Shown in pieces: positions 36,091-49,721 of a DNA stretch of 64,000 nt. The stretch comes from Veleropilina oligotropha. Taxonomy: Eukaryota. The translations under genes were made by a program, and so were the position numbers. The stretch lies in NCBI GenBank assembly GCA_048128005.1, contig JBEUKZ010000097.1:1-64000 (forward strand), written 5' to 3'. The notes under the pieces are model-generated. The model had not been told where the DNA came from, searched no databases, and saw only the letters and a program-made list of their open reading frames with translations. Each line of letters opens with the position of its first letter. Position 1 is the stretch's first letter.

Positions 36091-38403
36091 TAGAAATAAA
36101 GATGATAAAAGAAATAAAGACGATAATAGAAATAAAGATGATAATAGAAATAAAGATGATAATAGAAATAAAGATGATAAAAGAAATAAAGACGATAAAA
36201 GAAATAAAGACGATAATAGAAATAAAGATGATAATAGAAATAAAGATGATAATAGAAATAAAGATGATAATATAAATAAAGATGGTAAAAGAAATAAAGA
36301 CGATAATAGAAATAAAGATGATAATAGAAATAAAGATGATAATAGAAATAAAGATGATAATATAAATAAGTATGAAAAGTAGTAGAAACAAAGATGTCAT
36401 ATATAAGCCACCGTAGCATTTAACTTTATCAGAGACGAATTTTTCCATCGACATAGTGTTGTCAAAGTAAGCAGCCAAATTTCTTACAAATTCACTGGAG
36501 TTTATTTCTCCTTCGTCAACTTGTAACTTTAAATCTCGGGCCTTTGTGACGTTATTTCTTGAGCCAAATATAATAAACTCAGTTCTTTCATCATTTAGTT
36601 TCAGCATGTGTGTGCACATCCAGCGTTTGATCTCTGTAACACAGCTCTCCAATCTGTCTAGGCTTGCCTTGAAGGAACGTTTGGGATCAAATGCAACATA
36701 TATTTGACTGTCATCTGCGAAGAAATGATATGACCGATAGTATTGGGAGGCAATCTCTGCTACGGGCGTGACATACATTGAAAACATAATCGGACCTAAG
36801 ACGGAACCTTATTTAATTGTAGTACACCGTAAGGGAGAGAGGCAGGGTCACATTTCATGCCGTTTATTGTGACAGTTTGTTTTCGCTCATGTAGATATGA
36901 CTTGATCCATGTAAGCGCCGATTTCTTGATTCCAAAGTAGGAGTTCAGGCGATTAAACAGAATTTTGTGTCAATTGTATCGAAAGCTTAGGCCAAGCAAG
37001 GCGAGAGCAACCATTGATTTCTGATGAAGATATTGGAGGATGTCATTCTGAACCTTTTAAAGGGCTGTTTCTGTGGAGTGAAACATGCGATACGCTGATT
37101 GATATTTGTCCAAAAGCATGTGATTTTTCAAGTGAGCGTTTAGTCGAATTACTACAACACGTTCCACATGTTTCGAAAAAAACTTAGATTAGAAACCTGT
37201 CGATAATTTTTCAAATTGTTTTGATCCAAATTGGCCTTTTTCAGTAAAGGCTTTACCAGTGGGCTCTTGTTATTTTCTGGAACTTCTGCATTGGATAATG
37301 ACATGTTGACAAGCCATGTCAAAATTGGCAACAATTCATCTGAACATGATTTCAGCATCCATGATGGTAGAGGGTCGAGTGCGCACGTAGATGGTGATGA
37401 CCTCATAAGGATCAACGTTATTTCAACATTCGTTGCCGGTTCAAACGTCGAGAGTTAAACGTCATTACGATTTGTATCTAAAGGTTCATAAATTCCATCT
37501 CTGGTTGATTGCATTTGCGATAACGAAATTGTTTTCGTATTTTGATTATTTTATCATCGAAGAAGTCGCTAAAATTAGTGGGAAGCGATTCCTCTTGATA
37601 ATCAGTTGGCAGTGGAGTTGACTTATTCCATTGTAAAAGATCTTTAGTGACATTAAAGAGCTTCTTTTGATCATCTTTGGAGTTAATGACTTTGTTTGAT
37701 ACAAATTCAGTTTAGCATCCGTGAGCAGATGGTTCACTAACTTGCATTGTTCCTTATAAGCATCGTAATCGGTGAGTTTGCCAGACTTATTCCAGCGTCG
37801 TTCTAAGCATCGTCGAATTACGGCCTTGGGGATATACATTATACGGTGTATGAATGGCTTCTTTTGTATTTGGATGATATCATATCGAAGCTGTAAAATA
37901 TTATGGATGGTGTTCAGTAATTGTCTGTGCACAGAAAATAGTTTTGGTTGTGTCATCCAGAGCGTCATTCGTCGGCATGGTCGTGTTTGTTTGCAGGGGA
38001 GCAAAGATTCCTATATATCCTGGTGCATTTACTAGTAATTGGATAGTGACGATCACATATGCGAAAACCTTAATTATACACACATTTAATATAACACATA
38101 TGCGATATTTGTGAAAGTTCTAAAGAAATATTTAGAGATCGATTTCTGATACCAAACATACGTTTGGGTATTTGTATGTAATGATGATAAACAGCATATC
38201 GATATGTCCATCTGTTAGAAGGGGTTGACGGGTATCGAAAATTTGCTTTATGTTCTTAGTATTCATCGCAGATTAAATTTTGTTCATCGTACATAGTGAA
38301 AAAAAAAGAACGAAAGTATTGGCGTGGTTATTAAACATTGTTAACCGTGACTGTTAACTGAACAAAGAGTGCGCAATCGAAGACAGAGTTTTCATGGGAG
38401 TGG

Positions 38404-40520
38404 ATTCTTCTTCTCGTCTTCTTTGAATTAGGTGACCAGCGCCATCAGGTTGGCGACACAGCTGCATTTTTTCTATCGTTTTTTTTCCTACTTTGTATGG
38501 GTGATCCTGGCCTCAAAGGCGACCAAGAACGACTCGAACAACGTCATCATGTAGATGGTTCCACTCGCAGATAGTACGTGGGAAGAAACTCGTTTCCAGT
38601 AGGTGGTTCCCGACGATGGGATGTTGTAGCAACTAGCATGGGTTGTTCTAGAGCTGCGTCTAAGTTTTTAAGGCATTGGGTGATGCTTGGATGTGATTGT
38701 GGTAAAACCATTGTGGTATTTCTAAAATTCGGTTAGCCTGGCCATCTTCCTTCCAGTAGGAAGGGCCAGCCGGTGTCTTGTAGCATCGTCTTTCGGAAGC
38801 GGTGGGTGACTCATCGTGCTGCTCGATGCTGCACATGTTCGATTGCATTGGTTGCTTCCTCTTTGTATGGGTTCCAAAGAAAACTTGCATATTCGAGGGT
38901 GGGGCTTACGAGTGCTTATGACGATTGCTTAGCAGACTTATTTGAGACTTTAATGTTCCTACGAACGAAGCCAAGGGTACTATTTGCGGCACATACTCTA
39001 TCGTCACATAGAGTTACTTCAAGATAAAGGAATTGGCTATCTTGTCGGATTCTATATCCGTGTATGTGATAGTTTCGGTGGGCGATGGACATATAGCGGG
39101 GCACGTGGATGACGGACCACTTGGTTGCGTTGAATGACATCTTCCAAAGCTGCTCCCAGATCGCTAGACTGTCTAGGTCACTATGGAGCTCGTCCTTGTC
39201 ACTGGGTACGGTGACATACTGTGTCATCCGCAAACAGCCTAGATGTACAGGTCAGTTATGTCGGTAAGTCGTTTATGAGCAGCAGGGAGCGTAGCGGTCC
39301 CAGCATTGAGCCATGTGGCACACCTGATTCCACTGTAATGAAATATGATCTTACAGCGTTAACGACCACTGCATTGCCTTTGTCACAAATTCCGTAACGA
39401 CAGAGCTTGTGGATGATTTGCCAATCAGGTCCTCTTGGTTCCCATGCTCCATCGTCTTATTTAGTTTTCATCCACGAGACCTATGACTTGAGTTTCACAC
39501 GAGTGGCCGTGTCAAAAGCCATGTCGTTGAGGGCAGCTGATGTTTCATTCTCTACAGAGTTCCATTATCGTGCTTACGAGATATGTTCGAGAACTTTACA
39601 TGAGAAGCTGGTAAGCGATATAGGTCGACAGATCTTGGCTTCATATCGCTACCCTTTCTTGAAAACTGGGCTCATGTTGGCTGTTTTTCACTCGGATGGT
39701 ACCACGCCGGTATCCAGCGACGTCAGATAGAGGGTGAGCGCCAATTGTTTTATAATCCGATGAGTGATACCTTGGATGTGATTAGGAGTGGTGGGCAGCT
39801 TGCCTTGGATGTATCGTGGTCGTGCAGCAGTTTCTCTACTCCGTCTTTATTGATCTGGATATCTTCACAGAGAGACAAATCGCGTCTAGTTCGTAGATAT
39901 CACATCTCTGTTAAAATCCATATTCAGTGAGTTCCTCTTTTAACAGAATGCAGATTGGAATTTCTGACTCGGGTCATTAGTCAACAGTTTTTCAGCAACT
40001 TTGAAAATCCGCAATGTTCATTCTACCTCATCTACATGAACGACCGAAATTTCATGGTTGTCTTCCTTGGTGAATGATTTGTCTGCCAAACCTCTTTAGA
40101 ACATTGAAAGCTTCTTTGAGGTCCCCCCATCTCGTCTTCTTCAACTTATTGTGAACTATGTCGCTCTCCTTGATTAGTTTCACAGTTTCGAAGTTAAGCC
40201 ATGGTTCGCATCTTCTGGAACCATGCTTCTTGTGCGATTCCAACTGTTGAATACATTTGTTGAGATCTGATCTAAGTCTGTCCATATCTTTGCTACACGA
40301 GAGTCGTAATGATAGGCAGATATAATTGTATCTGCTAGTTCACGCGCGGTACAGCATAGAACATCACAAGCAGTCTTCATGTAGCAGGGCAAAATTCGTT
40401 TATTTTGACGTATACTTGACGGCTGGATCTGGAGTTCAGCATAGAAGATAGAATGATCAGAGATGCCAGAGGCTGTCAGTATACGGGAGAACAAGTTGGG
40501 CTAGTTTATCAGGATAATGT
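38404..40520 (-). mobile_element. Heavily decayed CR1-group LINE (end of endonuclease plus RT)
   Basis: GISDHSI, PVFKKG, RPISL, SGVPHGSMLGP, LFADD, WEQLWKMSFN, ANSTLGFVRRN, LEYAS in shifting frames. Confidence 0.8.
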
Positions 40521-40527
40521 TAAGGGT

Positions 40528-40910
40528 GTTTCTTATATATTTAAATGACATTGATGACGTCATTACGTCTCTTTTGTAAAAAAGTTTGCAGACGATACCA
40601 AATTGTACAGAATTGTTGAAACTGAAGAAGATGCAAAAACAGTTCAAAGCGATTTAAACAATCTGGTAAAATGGTCAAAGGATTGGCAAATGCTTTTTAA
40701 CACAAGTAAATGTAAGGTAAATGTAAGATTTCGTTATCGAAATATATTCAAAATGGACCATGGGCAAGGAGATTATTCTTATAACATTAATTCAAGTTAC
40801 GGCTACAACGAAATAGAAAGGAGAGGTTTCATATGAGAATTACTATGTGATGATAGACTAAGAGCACTTAACATTACAACATTGTCTTTGTGAAAGATAC
40901 AGGGTGATAG
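40528..40910 (+). mobile_element. CR1 LINE RT fragment
   Basis: FLIYLNDID...KFADDTKLYR...QSDLNNLVKWSKDWQMLFNTSKCKV. Confidence 0.8.
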
Positions 40911-40915
40911 TATAT

Positions 40916-40990
40916 GCCGTCGTGGCTCAGTGGGTTGTTCACAGGACTCTGGTCACAGAGTCTCGAGTTCGCCCCCAAAGCTCGGCGATT
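40916..40990 (+). mobile_element. SINE head fragment
   Basis: Near-identical to the 5' end of the SINE at 52172-52499. Confidence 0.8.
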
Positions 40991-41432
40991 ATAAATCAAC
41001 ATCTTGATATACATATTGTTGCGGTGTTAGGTGCTTTTCGGTCATTATTATAGTCCACGTGTTAAATATGTCTTCGTCACGTGTAATTCCGAAACTGAAT
41101 ATTCTTTGCAGACATGAATTCGTCTTGAGATCCAGGAGCATTGTGCATGATATTCGGTCTCCCAGATGGCACATTTACGTTCTGGACGTGCGAAACATGT
41201 GCGGATCCCATTCCCAAGACACGGAATCTAACTCAATGTCATCCTGCAATTTAAAAGATTACAAATGAAGCAATACATTTAAACTTTTATATTTATTAAA
41301 CAGGATTACGTGGCAGTCCCACCAGCTAGCTTTCATGTTCATAATTTTCTTGTTTGTTTAATTTTTCGTTAACTTAATGGAATTTCTTTCATAAATACCT
41401 TGAGCAATCGTTAAAATGTCTGATACGAAACA

Positions 41433-41695
41433 GGGTCGCTTCGACATTCGTGTGGTATCGGTTGTGCACTCCGAAAAACCACCGGCTTGTTTCCGCTAAC
41501 GCGAACAGTAGTGGGTTCAAACCTGGGCTGGGACATTACATTATTTGTTCAATTTGTCCGTAACTGGTCTGAGAGGGCAGGTTTCCCCGGGCGACCGGGC
41601 GTTCCCCCGCGATAATATGGACAATTAAGTCCTGATTTGAACCAAATGATGGTTGGAAATTTACAGGACATTAAGCATCGACCCTTTCCTCTCCT
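41433..41695 (+). mobile_element. tRNA-derived SINE
   Basis: Paralog of 12233-12495. B box GGTTCAAACC. Confidence 0.7.
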
Positions 41696-42159
41696 TTCTG
41701 ATACGCAGCAGGATGTATGGCTTCAACAAGGCCGAAACAATGCATGATGTACGATGAACTGAAATGACGTATGCTATGTACAATTGAAAAATTCACGACA
41801 CTCCGGTAGCTGACACTGTGGTCACGTCGCTTCCCGAACGAACGGACATATTAATATAATGTTTGTCGAATATCCATATTGCATGTTTAGTATTAGATAT
41901 CGTTGTATAATATATCTTAACACCTCTTTCATGATGTATCGCATATATTTGATATAAACTAGTGAATATATCTATGTATTCATATATATTATGACACACG
42001 GAAACAACCAATTGTACGCACCATGATAATCCCAAGGAAGCAGGAGAAAACTAAATTCTTGTCAATGAAGTCGCCAGTGAATGATCCGTCATTCTTGTGA
42101 AATAATTGTAACCAGAACGCAACGCATTCCATGCGCCTTGTTCCTTCGTCCATTGTGGA

Positions 42160-42279
42160 TTTATTTCGTTATAACGAAATCTTATTTCGATGTAACGAAA
42201 TGTTATTTAGTTATAACGAAATCTTATTTCGACATAACGAAATAAAAAAAGAGTCACCTGTCACCCCAGGGGCTCCGTA
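42160..42279 (-). mobile_element. Terminal fragment of a TACGG-ended MITE with a 21-bp subrepeat
   Basis: Ends GGGGCTCCGTA. (TTATTTCGTTATAACGAAATC)-like unit x4. Confidence 0.5.
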
Positions 42280-42555
42280 CTTTACCAAACACCAGCGAGC
42301 AAATGTTACCTCTTGTCTTAGAAAATCCTGCACATTTCGAGGTCGATGGATGAAGTTTCGGGATATATTTGTTACCAGAAAAGTATGGAGGAAATCACTC
42401 AAGAAAATAATGTCTTCCATTGGCAATCAGTCAAATTCTTTGTCACTGGCCAGCTCGAGACAGAGACCCGAGTTAACCCATAGTTCTTGAACAATGTACG
42501 CACTGAAGCCTATTATTGAAATATCGATATCATGGTGTGTATCTAAAGTGAAAAG

Positions 42556-42778
42556 CATCAGCCAAACATGTACATCAGGATCAAACATGTACATCAGGGC
42601 AAAAATGTACAGCAGGACAAACATGTACATCAGGGACAAACATGTACATCAGGACAAACATGAATATCAGCCAAACATGTACATCAGGACAAACATGTAC
42701 ATCATGGCCAATACATCAGGGCAAACATGTACATCAGGGCCAAACATGTATATCATATAAACATGCACATCAGGGCAA
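42556..42778. repeat. 18-19-bp minisatellite (AAACATGTACATCAGGAC)
   Basis: Directly visible. Confidence 0.85.
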
Positions 42779-43320
42779 AGCAAATTTAGAAGATTTAGCG
42801 AGTCGGGCCGATACATACCGTGACTACGTGAGTGCTATACTTAGCGCTCATGATTTTTTTGCGAGATGCGGTCACGCATTTCAAAGACGCAATATTCATG
42901 TACATCGCAAATTGTTATCATTGCAACGCAGGAAGCAACGTAAACTATAATATCCCCAATTATTATTTTTAGTGTTCATGATTTCTGCCTCCCTCGTGAT
43001 ATTATCCATGGTGTTCGTTAAAGTATGGACGATGAAGGCATACAGTACCAGTCAAAAGTTTGAGTACACCCGTTTTATTTAAAACAAGAACGACGCGTTC
43101 GGAATATGTCTTGACCTGTCTTTATTTCCCTCAAATTTTCATAACAGTTAATACAATGGCTAAGTGCAAGTACTTCATGGCTGAATTTACTACCCCGTCG
43201 AATGTGACGTCACCAAATGACGATTAATCTAAGGCGACGTCATAATGACGTCATTGCTATTTGCTTGCAATGTTATAAAAAAGTATCACTTAGCACATCT
43301 AAAGTATAAATAAACATATA

Positions 43321-44200
43321 TCAGTCAGTCAGGGGGTGCCATCTCTTCCGAGGTTGACTACCATGGACCTCCAGCTTCTTCGTTCTTGTGCTTTCCTCGC
43401 CACATCCTGATATACGCCACCTGCCCACTCTTTGATGTTATCCATCCAAGTTAGCCTCTGCCTTCCTCGTTCTCTCTTCCCCTCAACATAGCCTTCCACA
43501 AGAATCTTTTGCATTCAGCGGTCATTTCTTAGCTGGTGCCCACAGTAGCTGGCCTTCTTTTTCATTGTCATAGATTCTATCTCTCTAACTCCTCCAATTC
43601 TTGCTAATACTTCTTCATTTGTCACTCTTTCTGTCCACGATATCTTCAACATTTGTCTTAAGCCCCACATCTCAAACACCCTGATCTTGTTCCACATAGC
43701 CTTGCCAATAGTCCATGTTTCTGCATCATACAGAAGAGTGCTCCACACGTAGCATTTTAGGAGCCCTTTTCTTATATTCAGCTTTATCTTTCTAGATGTT
43801 AGCATTTTATCCATTTGAATGAAAGTACTCCTAGCAATTTCTATTCTTCTTTTAATCTCATCTTCACATTTTCCATCTTCTGTTACTAGGTGCCCCAAGT
43901 TAACAAATGTATTGACTTGTTCCAGCTCAGTGCCATTAACATTTATTCTCATTCTTTGTGTTACCTTTCGCCGAGTGATCAACATTGTTTTTGTTTTCGC
44001 AACATTTATTCTCATGCCCATTTTTTCTCCTTTTTCATTCACTTTGGTCACAATTTCTTGCAGGTCTTCTGCATTTTCCGCTAGAAATGACGTATCATCC
44101 GCATACCTTAAGTCAGTTACATTGAGCCCTCCTATTTTAATGCCATTCATGTCAGTCAAAACTATAAATATAATTTCTGTATATAAACTCCTCAAAAAAA
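43321..44200 (-). mobile_element. RTE-clade LINE 3' fragment
   Basis: GIKIGGLNVTDLRYADD...INVAKTKTM...EIKRRIEIAR...LLYDAETWT...GKRERGRQRLTWMDNI. (CTGA)n tail at 43321-43331. Confidence 0.93.
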
Positions 44201-44235
44201 GTTCGGAAACGTTATTTCGGTCGATTATTCATCCC

Positions 44236-44642
44236 CTTTTTATGTCTTGACCTTTTTGTAAAAAAGAACAAGACATTATCAAATGGTCCGTGTGTATATA
44301 CTTATATACTTATATACTTATATATATATATATATCCGTCGATTTATTTGAAAACTACCCGCTCAATTTTCACCAAAATTGGTACACACATTCCCAAGAG
44401 TATTTGTAGGTCGTGTAGGCCTATATCACTTTCGCGACACAATTTTGCAAAAATATGCATTTATTGAGCACTTTTATCCATATTTGTATATAACGCCTTA
44501 GATTAATCGTCATGACGTCACAATCGACGGGGTAGTAAATTAAGCCATGAAGTACTTGAACTTAGCCATTGTATTAACTGTTATGAAAATTTAAGGGGAA
44601 AAAAGAAAGGTCAAGACATATTTCGAACGCGTCGTTCTTGTT
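44236..44642 (+). mobile_element. HINE-like element; inverted 3' half at 43083-43320
   Basis: Subterminal IR ATGTCTTGACC / GGTCAAGACAT, microsatellite, 3' GAACGCGTCGTTCTTGTT. Confidence 0.75.
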
Positions 44643-46504
44643 ATAATACCAATTGGTATTGTATTTTATATCGTTGGAAGGCCTGATTAGTCACATTTAC
44701 AACGAGGTACAACTTGTAAGGATTATGCATTCGTGGAATGAGCAACACAGCTAACCATGTGGGTAGCGGCCCCCAAAAATGTGCCAAAATCCACTGCGAT
44801 ATTCTTCTGTTGGTATTCACTCTCGTTTTGAGTTGCTTGGTGGATTGGATGATTCCAATAATCCCGGATTGAGATCCGGTGACTGGACAGGTCAGGTCAT
44901 AATAATTGAGATGTCCACCATTCTCCTTTTCATCAAATAGTTCTTGCACAAATTTGATGTAATTTTGGGGTCGCTATTGTTTTTTAAAACGAATGAATGT
45001 CCTACAAGCCGTTATCCTTATGGAATGGCGTGCCGCTGCAGTATGTTGTGGCAGTTATGTTGGCAGATGATACCAACATTCATGATACAGATCGCTTTAA
45101 CTTTCCTAGCAAAACATCCCCAGACCACGACGCTGTCTCCCCGTGGAACAACAAAGGGAACAACACGTACAACTGATGTGCTCACCCTCTCTGCGTCTGA
45201 CAAACACTGCGGTTGATCCAAATATTTAAGATTTTGACTCGTCCGTCCATAAGACTGATTCCACTTTCCAAATGTCCTGTTCCTGTGCTTTGCCACAGAA
45301 ACATCATTTCTTACCAGTATTTATAACTGTAAACTAGTATTTATATTTATAACTCCCAGTAGTGCTTTATTTGCATCAAATTATCCTGTAAGGTCAGAAT
45401 CACGCAACCTCTTCTGAACAGTTGATGTCGAATCATCAATACTATACTCCTGGTGCATTTAACCCTAACCCAAACCCTAACCCTATTATTTCAGGGGCAG
45501 TCAATCGCAAGTTTCGGAGAATTGTGACTCGAATGAACTTGTTTTCTCATTTGGAGTTCACCCTTGGTCTGCCTGACGTCTTACGGTCTTCACGACTACT
45601 TTTTGTACGAACCGTTTGAAGGTTTTGACCATTGTAGTGACAGACAATTGCAAATTTGTGCACGATTGACCCTCATTTCTCAAATTAAGTACAGACTGTC
45701 CCTTTTCCTTACTGATCTGGACTGATTTGGAATTTTACAACACCATTATAATTATTAATAAGAAATGTGTGCAATTAAGAGATAAATATATTGTTCACTT
45801 GAACTCACACTTGTGTTTGCGAGTAACTGTGATTACATGGAAGAGGACATGTTTGATGGAACACATAGTGCATATACACATACAGAGATAAATTTAGCCA
45901 GTGATATAACACACACCAAGTTGTACACATTTAAGCCACTTTTGCTAATTTGGGTTCGGAATACAATCATTTTGCTGAGCAAGCAATTGATGAGTATTTT
46001 GATGAATCAGAGATTTATAGAAATTGTCAATTTTCTTGAACATTTCTCTTTTATTCATGGGTTTGTCGGTTTATATGTGTGTTGATATGCATTTTTAAAT
46101 GATTGCAGTACGTTATGTGGAATAAAACTTTATCAAATATAACAAATTATTGTTTTCAGTGGGTGTACTCAAACGTTTGACTAGTACTGTACCTGTCCCC
46201 ATTTTCTGGACACATCTCATGCAATTGGATGAGTTGTAGTCATCATATCCACGGAGTACAGTACTTTATTGCCATGTTGTATAGCACTAAAAATGTAGAC
46301 TATTATATTTTACGTTGGATTGATGCTTAATATCCGGTTTTAACATCCTTCAAGATTATATCGTGACGTGTCCATATTATCGCGTAAGAACTCGCGAATA
46401 TCTATCAGTTATGAAAACTGTAACTGGTAACTTCAGCGATGATTTATTCATGTGAAGCAGAGGTGTCATGTGAGTGCATTGGAACAATGCTCGTATCCAT
46501 TCCA

Positions 46505-48867
46505 TCACCGCCTTGTCCCCACACTGATATAAATCCCACTGATACGACATCATTGCCGCATTGTCCCCCACACTGATATAAATCCCACTGATACGACATC
46601 ATTGCCGCCTTGTCCCCCACACTGATATAAATCCAACTGATACGACATCATTGCCGTATTGTCCCCCACACTGATATAAATCCAACTGATGCGACATCAT
46701 TGCCGCATTGTCCCCCACACTGATATAAATCCAACTGATGCGACATCATTGCCGCCTTGTCCCCCACACTGATATAAATCCAACTGATGCGACATCATTT
46801 CCGCATTGTCCCCCACACTGATATAAATCCAACTGATGCGACATCATTTCCGCATTGTCACCCACACTGATATAAATCCAACTGATGCGACACCATTGCC
46901 GCATTGTCCCCCACACTGATATAAATCCAACTGATACGACATCATTGCCGCATTGTCACCCACACTGATATAAATCCAACTGATGCGACATCATTGCCGC
47001 ATTGTCCCCCACACTGATATAAATCCCACTGATACGACATCATTGCCGCCTTGTCCCCCACACTGATATAAATCCAACTGATACGACATCATTGCCGTAT
47101 TGTCCCCCACACTGATATAAATCCAACTGATGCGACATCATTGCCGCATTGTCCCCCACACTGATATAAATCCAACTGATGCGACATCATTGCCGCCTTG
47201 TCCCCCACACTGATATAAATCCAACTGATGCGACATCATTTCCGCATTGTCCCCCACACTGATTTAAATCCAACTGATGCGACATCATTTCCGCATTGTC
47301 ACCCACACTGATATAAATCCAACTGATGCGACACCATTGCCGCATTGTCCCCCACACTGATATAAATCCAACTGATACGACATCATTGCCGCATTGTCAC
47401 CCACACTGATATAAATCCAACTGATGCGACATCATTGCCGCATTGTCCCCCACGCTGATATAAATCCAACTGACGCGACACCATTGCCGCATTGTCCCCC
47501 ACACTGATATAAATCCAACTGATGCGACACCATTGCTGCATTGTCCCCCACACTGATATAAATCCAACTGATGCGACACCATTGCCGCATTGTCCCCCAC
47601 ATTGATATAAATCCAACTGATACGACACCATTGCCGCATTGTCCCCCACACTGATATAAATCCAACTGATGCGACACAATTGCCGCATTGTCCCCCACAC
47701 TGATTTAAATCCAACTGATACGACACCATTGCCGCATTGTCCCCCACACTGATATAAATCCAACTGATGCGACACCATTGCCGCATTGTCCCCCACACTG
47801 ATATAAATCCAACTGATGCGACACCATTGCCGCATTGTCCCCCACACTGATATAAATCCAACTGATACGACACCATTGCCGCATTGTCCCCCACACTGAT
47901 ATAAATCCAACTGATGCGACACCATTGCCGCATTGCCCCCCACACTGATATAAATCCAACTGATACGTCATCGCTGCCGCATTGTCCCCCACACTGATAT
48001 AAATCCAACTGATACGACACCATTGCCGCCTTGTCCCCCACACTGATATAAATCCAACTGATACGACATCATTGCCGCATTGTCCCCCACACTGATATAA
48101 ATCCAACTAATACGACATCATTTCCGCATTGTCCCCCACACTGATATAAATCCAACTGATACGACATCATTGCCGCATTGTCCCCCACACTGATATAAAT
48201 CCAACTGATACGTCATCGCTGCCGCATTGTCCCCCACACTGATATAAATCCAACTGATACGACACCATTGCCGCCTTGTCCCCCACACTGATATAAATCC
48301 AACTGATACGACATCATTGCCGCATTGTCCCCCACACTGATATAAATCCAACTGATGCGACACCATTGCCGCATTGTCCCCCACACTGATATAAATCCAA
48401 CTGATACGACACCATTGCCGCATTGTCCCCCACACTGATATAAATCCAACTGATGCGACACCATTGCCGCATTGTCCCCCACACTGATATAAATCCAACT
48501 GATACGTCATCGCTGCCGCATTGTCCCCCACACTGATATAAATCCAACTGATACGACACCATTGCCGCCTTGTCCCCCACACTGATATAAATCCAACTGA
48601 TACGACATCATTTCCGCATTGTCCCCCACACTGATATAAATCCAACTAATACGACATCATTGCCGTATTGTCCCCCACACTGATATAAATCCAACTGATA
48701 CGACATCATTGCCGCATTGTCCCCCACACTGATATAAATCCAACTGATGCGACACCATTGCCGCATTGTCCCCCACACTGATATAAATCCAACTGATACG
48801 ACATCATTGCCGCATTGTCCCCCACACTGATATAAATCCAACTGATACGACATCATTGCCGCATTGC
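46505..48867. repeat. 49-bp satellite array, ~48 copies
   Basis: Unit CACACTGATATAAATCCAACTGATACGACATCATTGCCGCATTGTCCCC; period 49 (46521 to 46570). Confidence 0.97.
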
Positions 48868-49460
48868 AAAACCGCACACGTATTGTGAATATCCAAGGTC
48901 TTGTCATAATCTTCGTCCGAACCCGAATGAAGCCAGTGGTTTCGGAGGAGACGGTCGGGGGGTCTTTTAAACAAAACACAAACAATATTGGCCATCAAAC
49001 TTACCTGCATGTCCGATCATAAATATATTTGAAGAAATCGCAAAATACAGCCATCCGTCCATAACCGTATTCGGTATCCTAGATAGGAACATTTAAACCA
49101 CGGTGGGTGCTATTATGAGGAAATGATTAAACTCAAGATTCCGTATATCGGATATTCCCCGAAATAAAAGTGTTCGCATAAACCATAAACAAAGTTTATT
49201 TGGGAGATGTCCTATTCTTGGCTTTCTCTTCTCGTAATCGTCGGGAAGTTTCACTCACTCTGACAAAAGGATCATGTGTCAGAACATATATGCATTACAT
49301 TTCCTTCTCGTACCAACAATGGATAAACTGATACAAATCAAGCCAACACCTGAAACTGAATACGCAAATCAATTACTTTTACTGCTGTGATAAATAATTT
49401 ACTTCTTATGTATCTATATATACTTTCACAAATCCAGAATAGACAATACGCTAAATACAA

Positions 49461-49721
49461 TCTTAATATAATGGAGCTATAATTGTATGTGTGTGTGTCT
49501 GTGTGTGTGTCTGTTTCAAGTTGAACTCCTCCCAGACGCTTTGACCTAGGACCTTCAAACTTTGGGGGGTTAATCGGGGTCCCCCAAGGAAGGTTTACCA
49601 CGAAAAAAATTCGGAAAATTTGGGAAAAAAAAAAAATATTTAAGGGAGCACTATCCAAAAAAAAAAAAAAAAAAAATTGGGGTGGGGGGACTTGCCCGGC
49701 GAAGACGGGTACCATAGCTAG
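49461..49721 (+). mobile_element. Short non-autonomous Helitron (solo copy)
   Basis: A|TC...CCCGGCGAAGACGGG...CTAG|T; same family as 35797-36090. Confidence 0.85.

Larger units (their letters stand above)
34620..36415. mobile_element. Foldback (whole-element palindromic) non-autonomous DNA transposon, IS3EU-like termini
   Basis: TACGGTGGCTTATATATGACAT ... ATGTCATATATAAGCCACCGTA with 6-bp TSD GCATTT (34614-34619, 36416-36421). Arms consist of an 18-bp minisatellite. Empty site GAGCATTTAAC in the L2 paralog at ~57006. Confidence 0.85.
33703..37830 (-). mobile_element. L2-clade LINE, 5'-truncated and decayed (RT pseudogene), interrupted at 34620-36415
   Basis: TCALDPLPSWMLK, PLLKKANLD...NYRQVSNLSF, FFADDSQIY, LKLNDERTE, LHWFPV. 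(TAA)n tail at ~33703. Confidence 0.92.
43043..46189 (-). mobile_element. Tc1-like transposon with nested insertions
   Basis: TA|CAGTACCAGTCAAAAGTTTGAGTACACCC ... GGGTGTACTCAAACGTTTGACTAGTACTG|TA. Decayed transposase at ~44700-45650 (VLWTDESK, VVVWGCF, QSPDLNP). Confidence 0.9.

Noticed and set aside
34610..36419. Ile/Phe-rich and (RNKDDN)n ORFs
   Set aside because: Translations of the 18-bp minisatellite arms.
41090..42500. Possible minus-strand host exons (acceptor-like TTGCAG at ~41244-41249; coding-like 42000-42490)
   Set aside because: Stops in all frames and no recognisable domain; I cannot build a consistent exon chain.
45461..45486. Telomeric repeat (TAACCC)n
   Set aside because: Only about four imperfect units, inside a Tc1 remnant.
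46505..48867. CRISPR-like regular array
   Set aside because: Head-to-tail 49-bp monomers with no unique spacers and no cas genes, in a eukaryotic context. The same applies to the 70-bp and 21-bp arrays.
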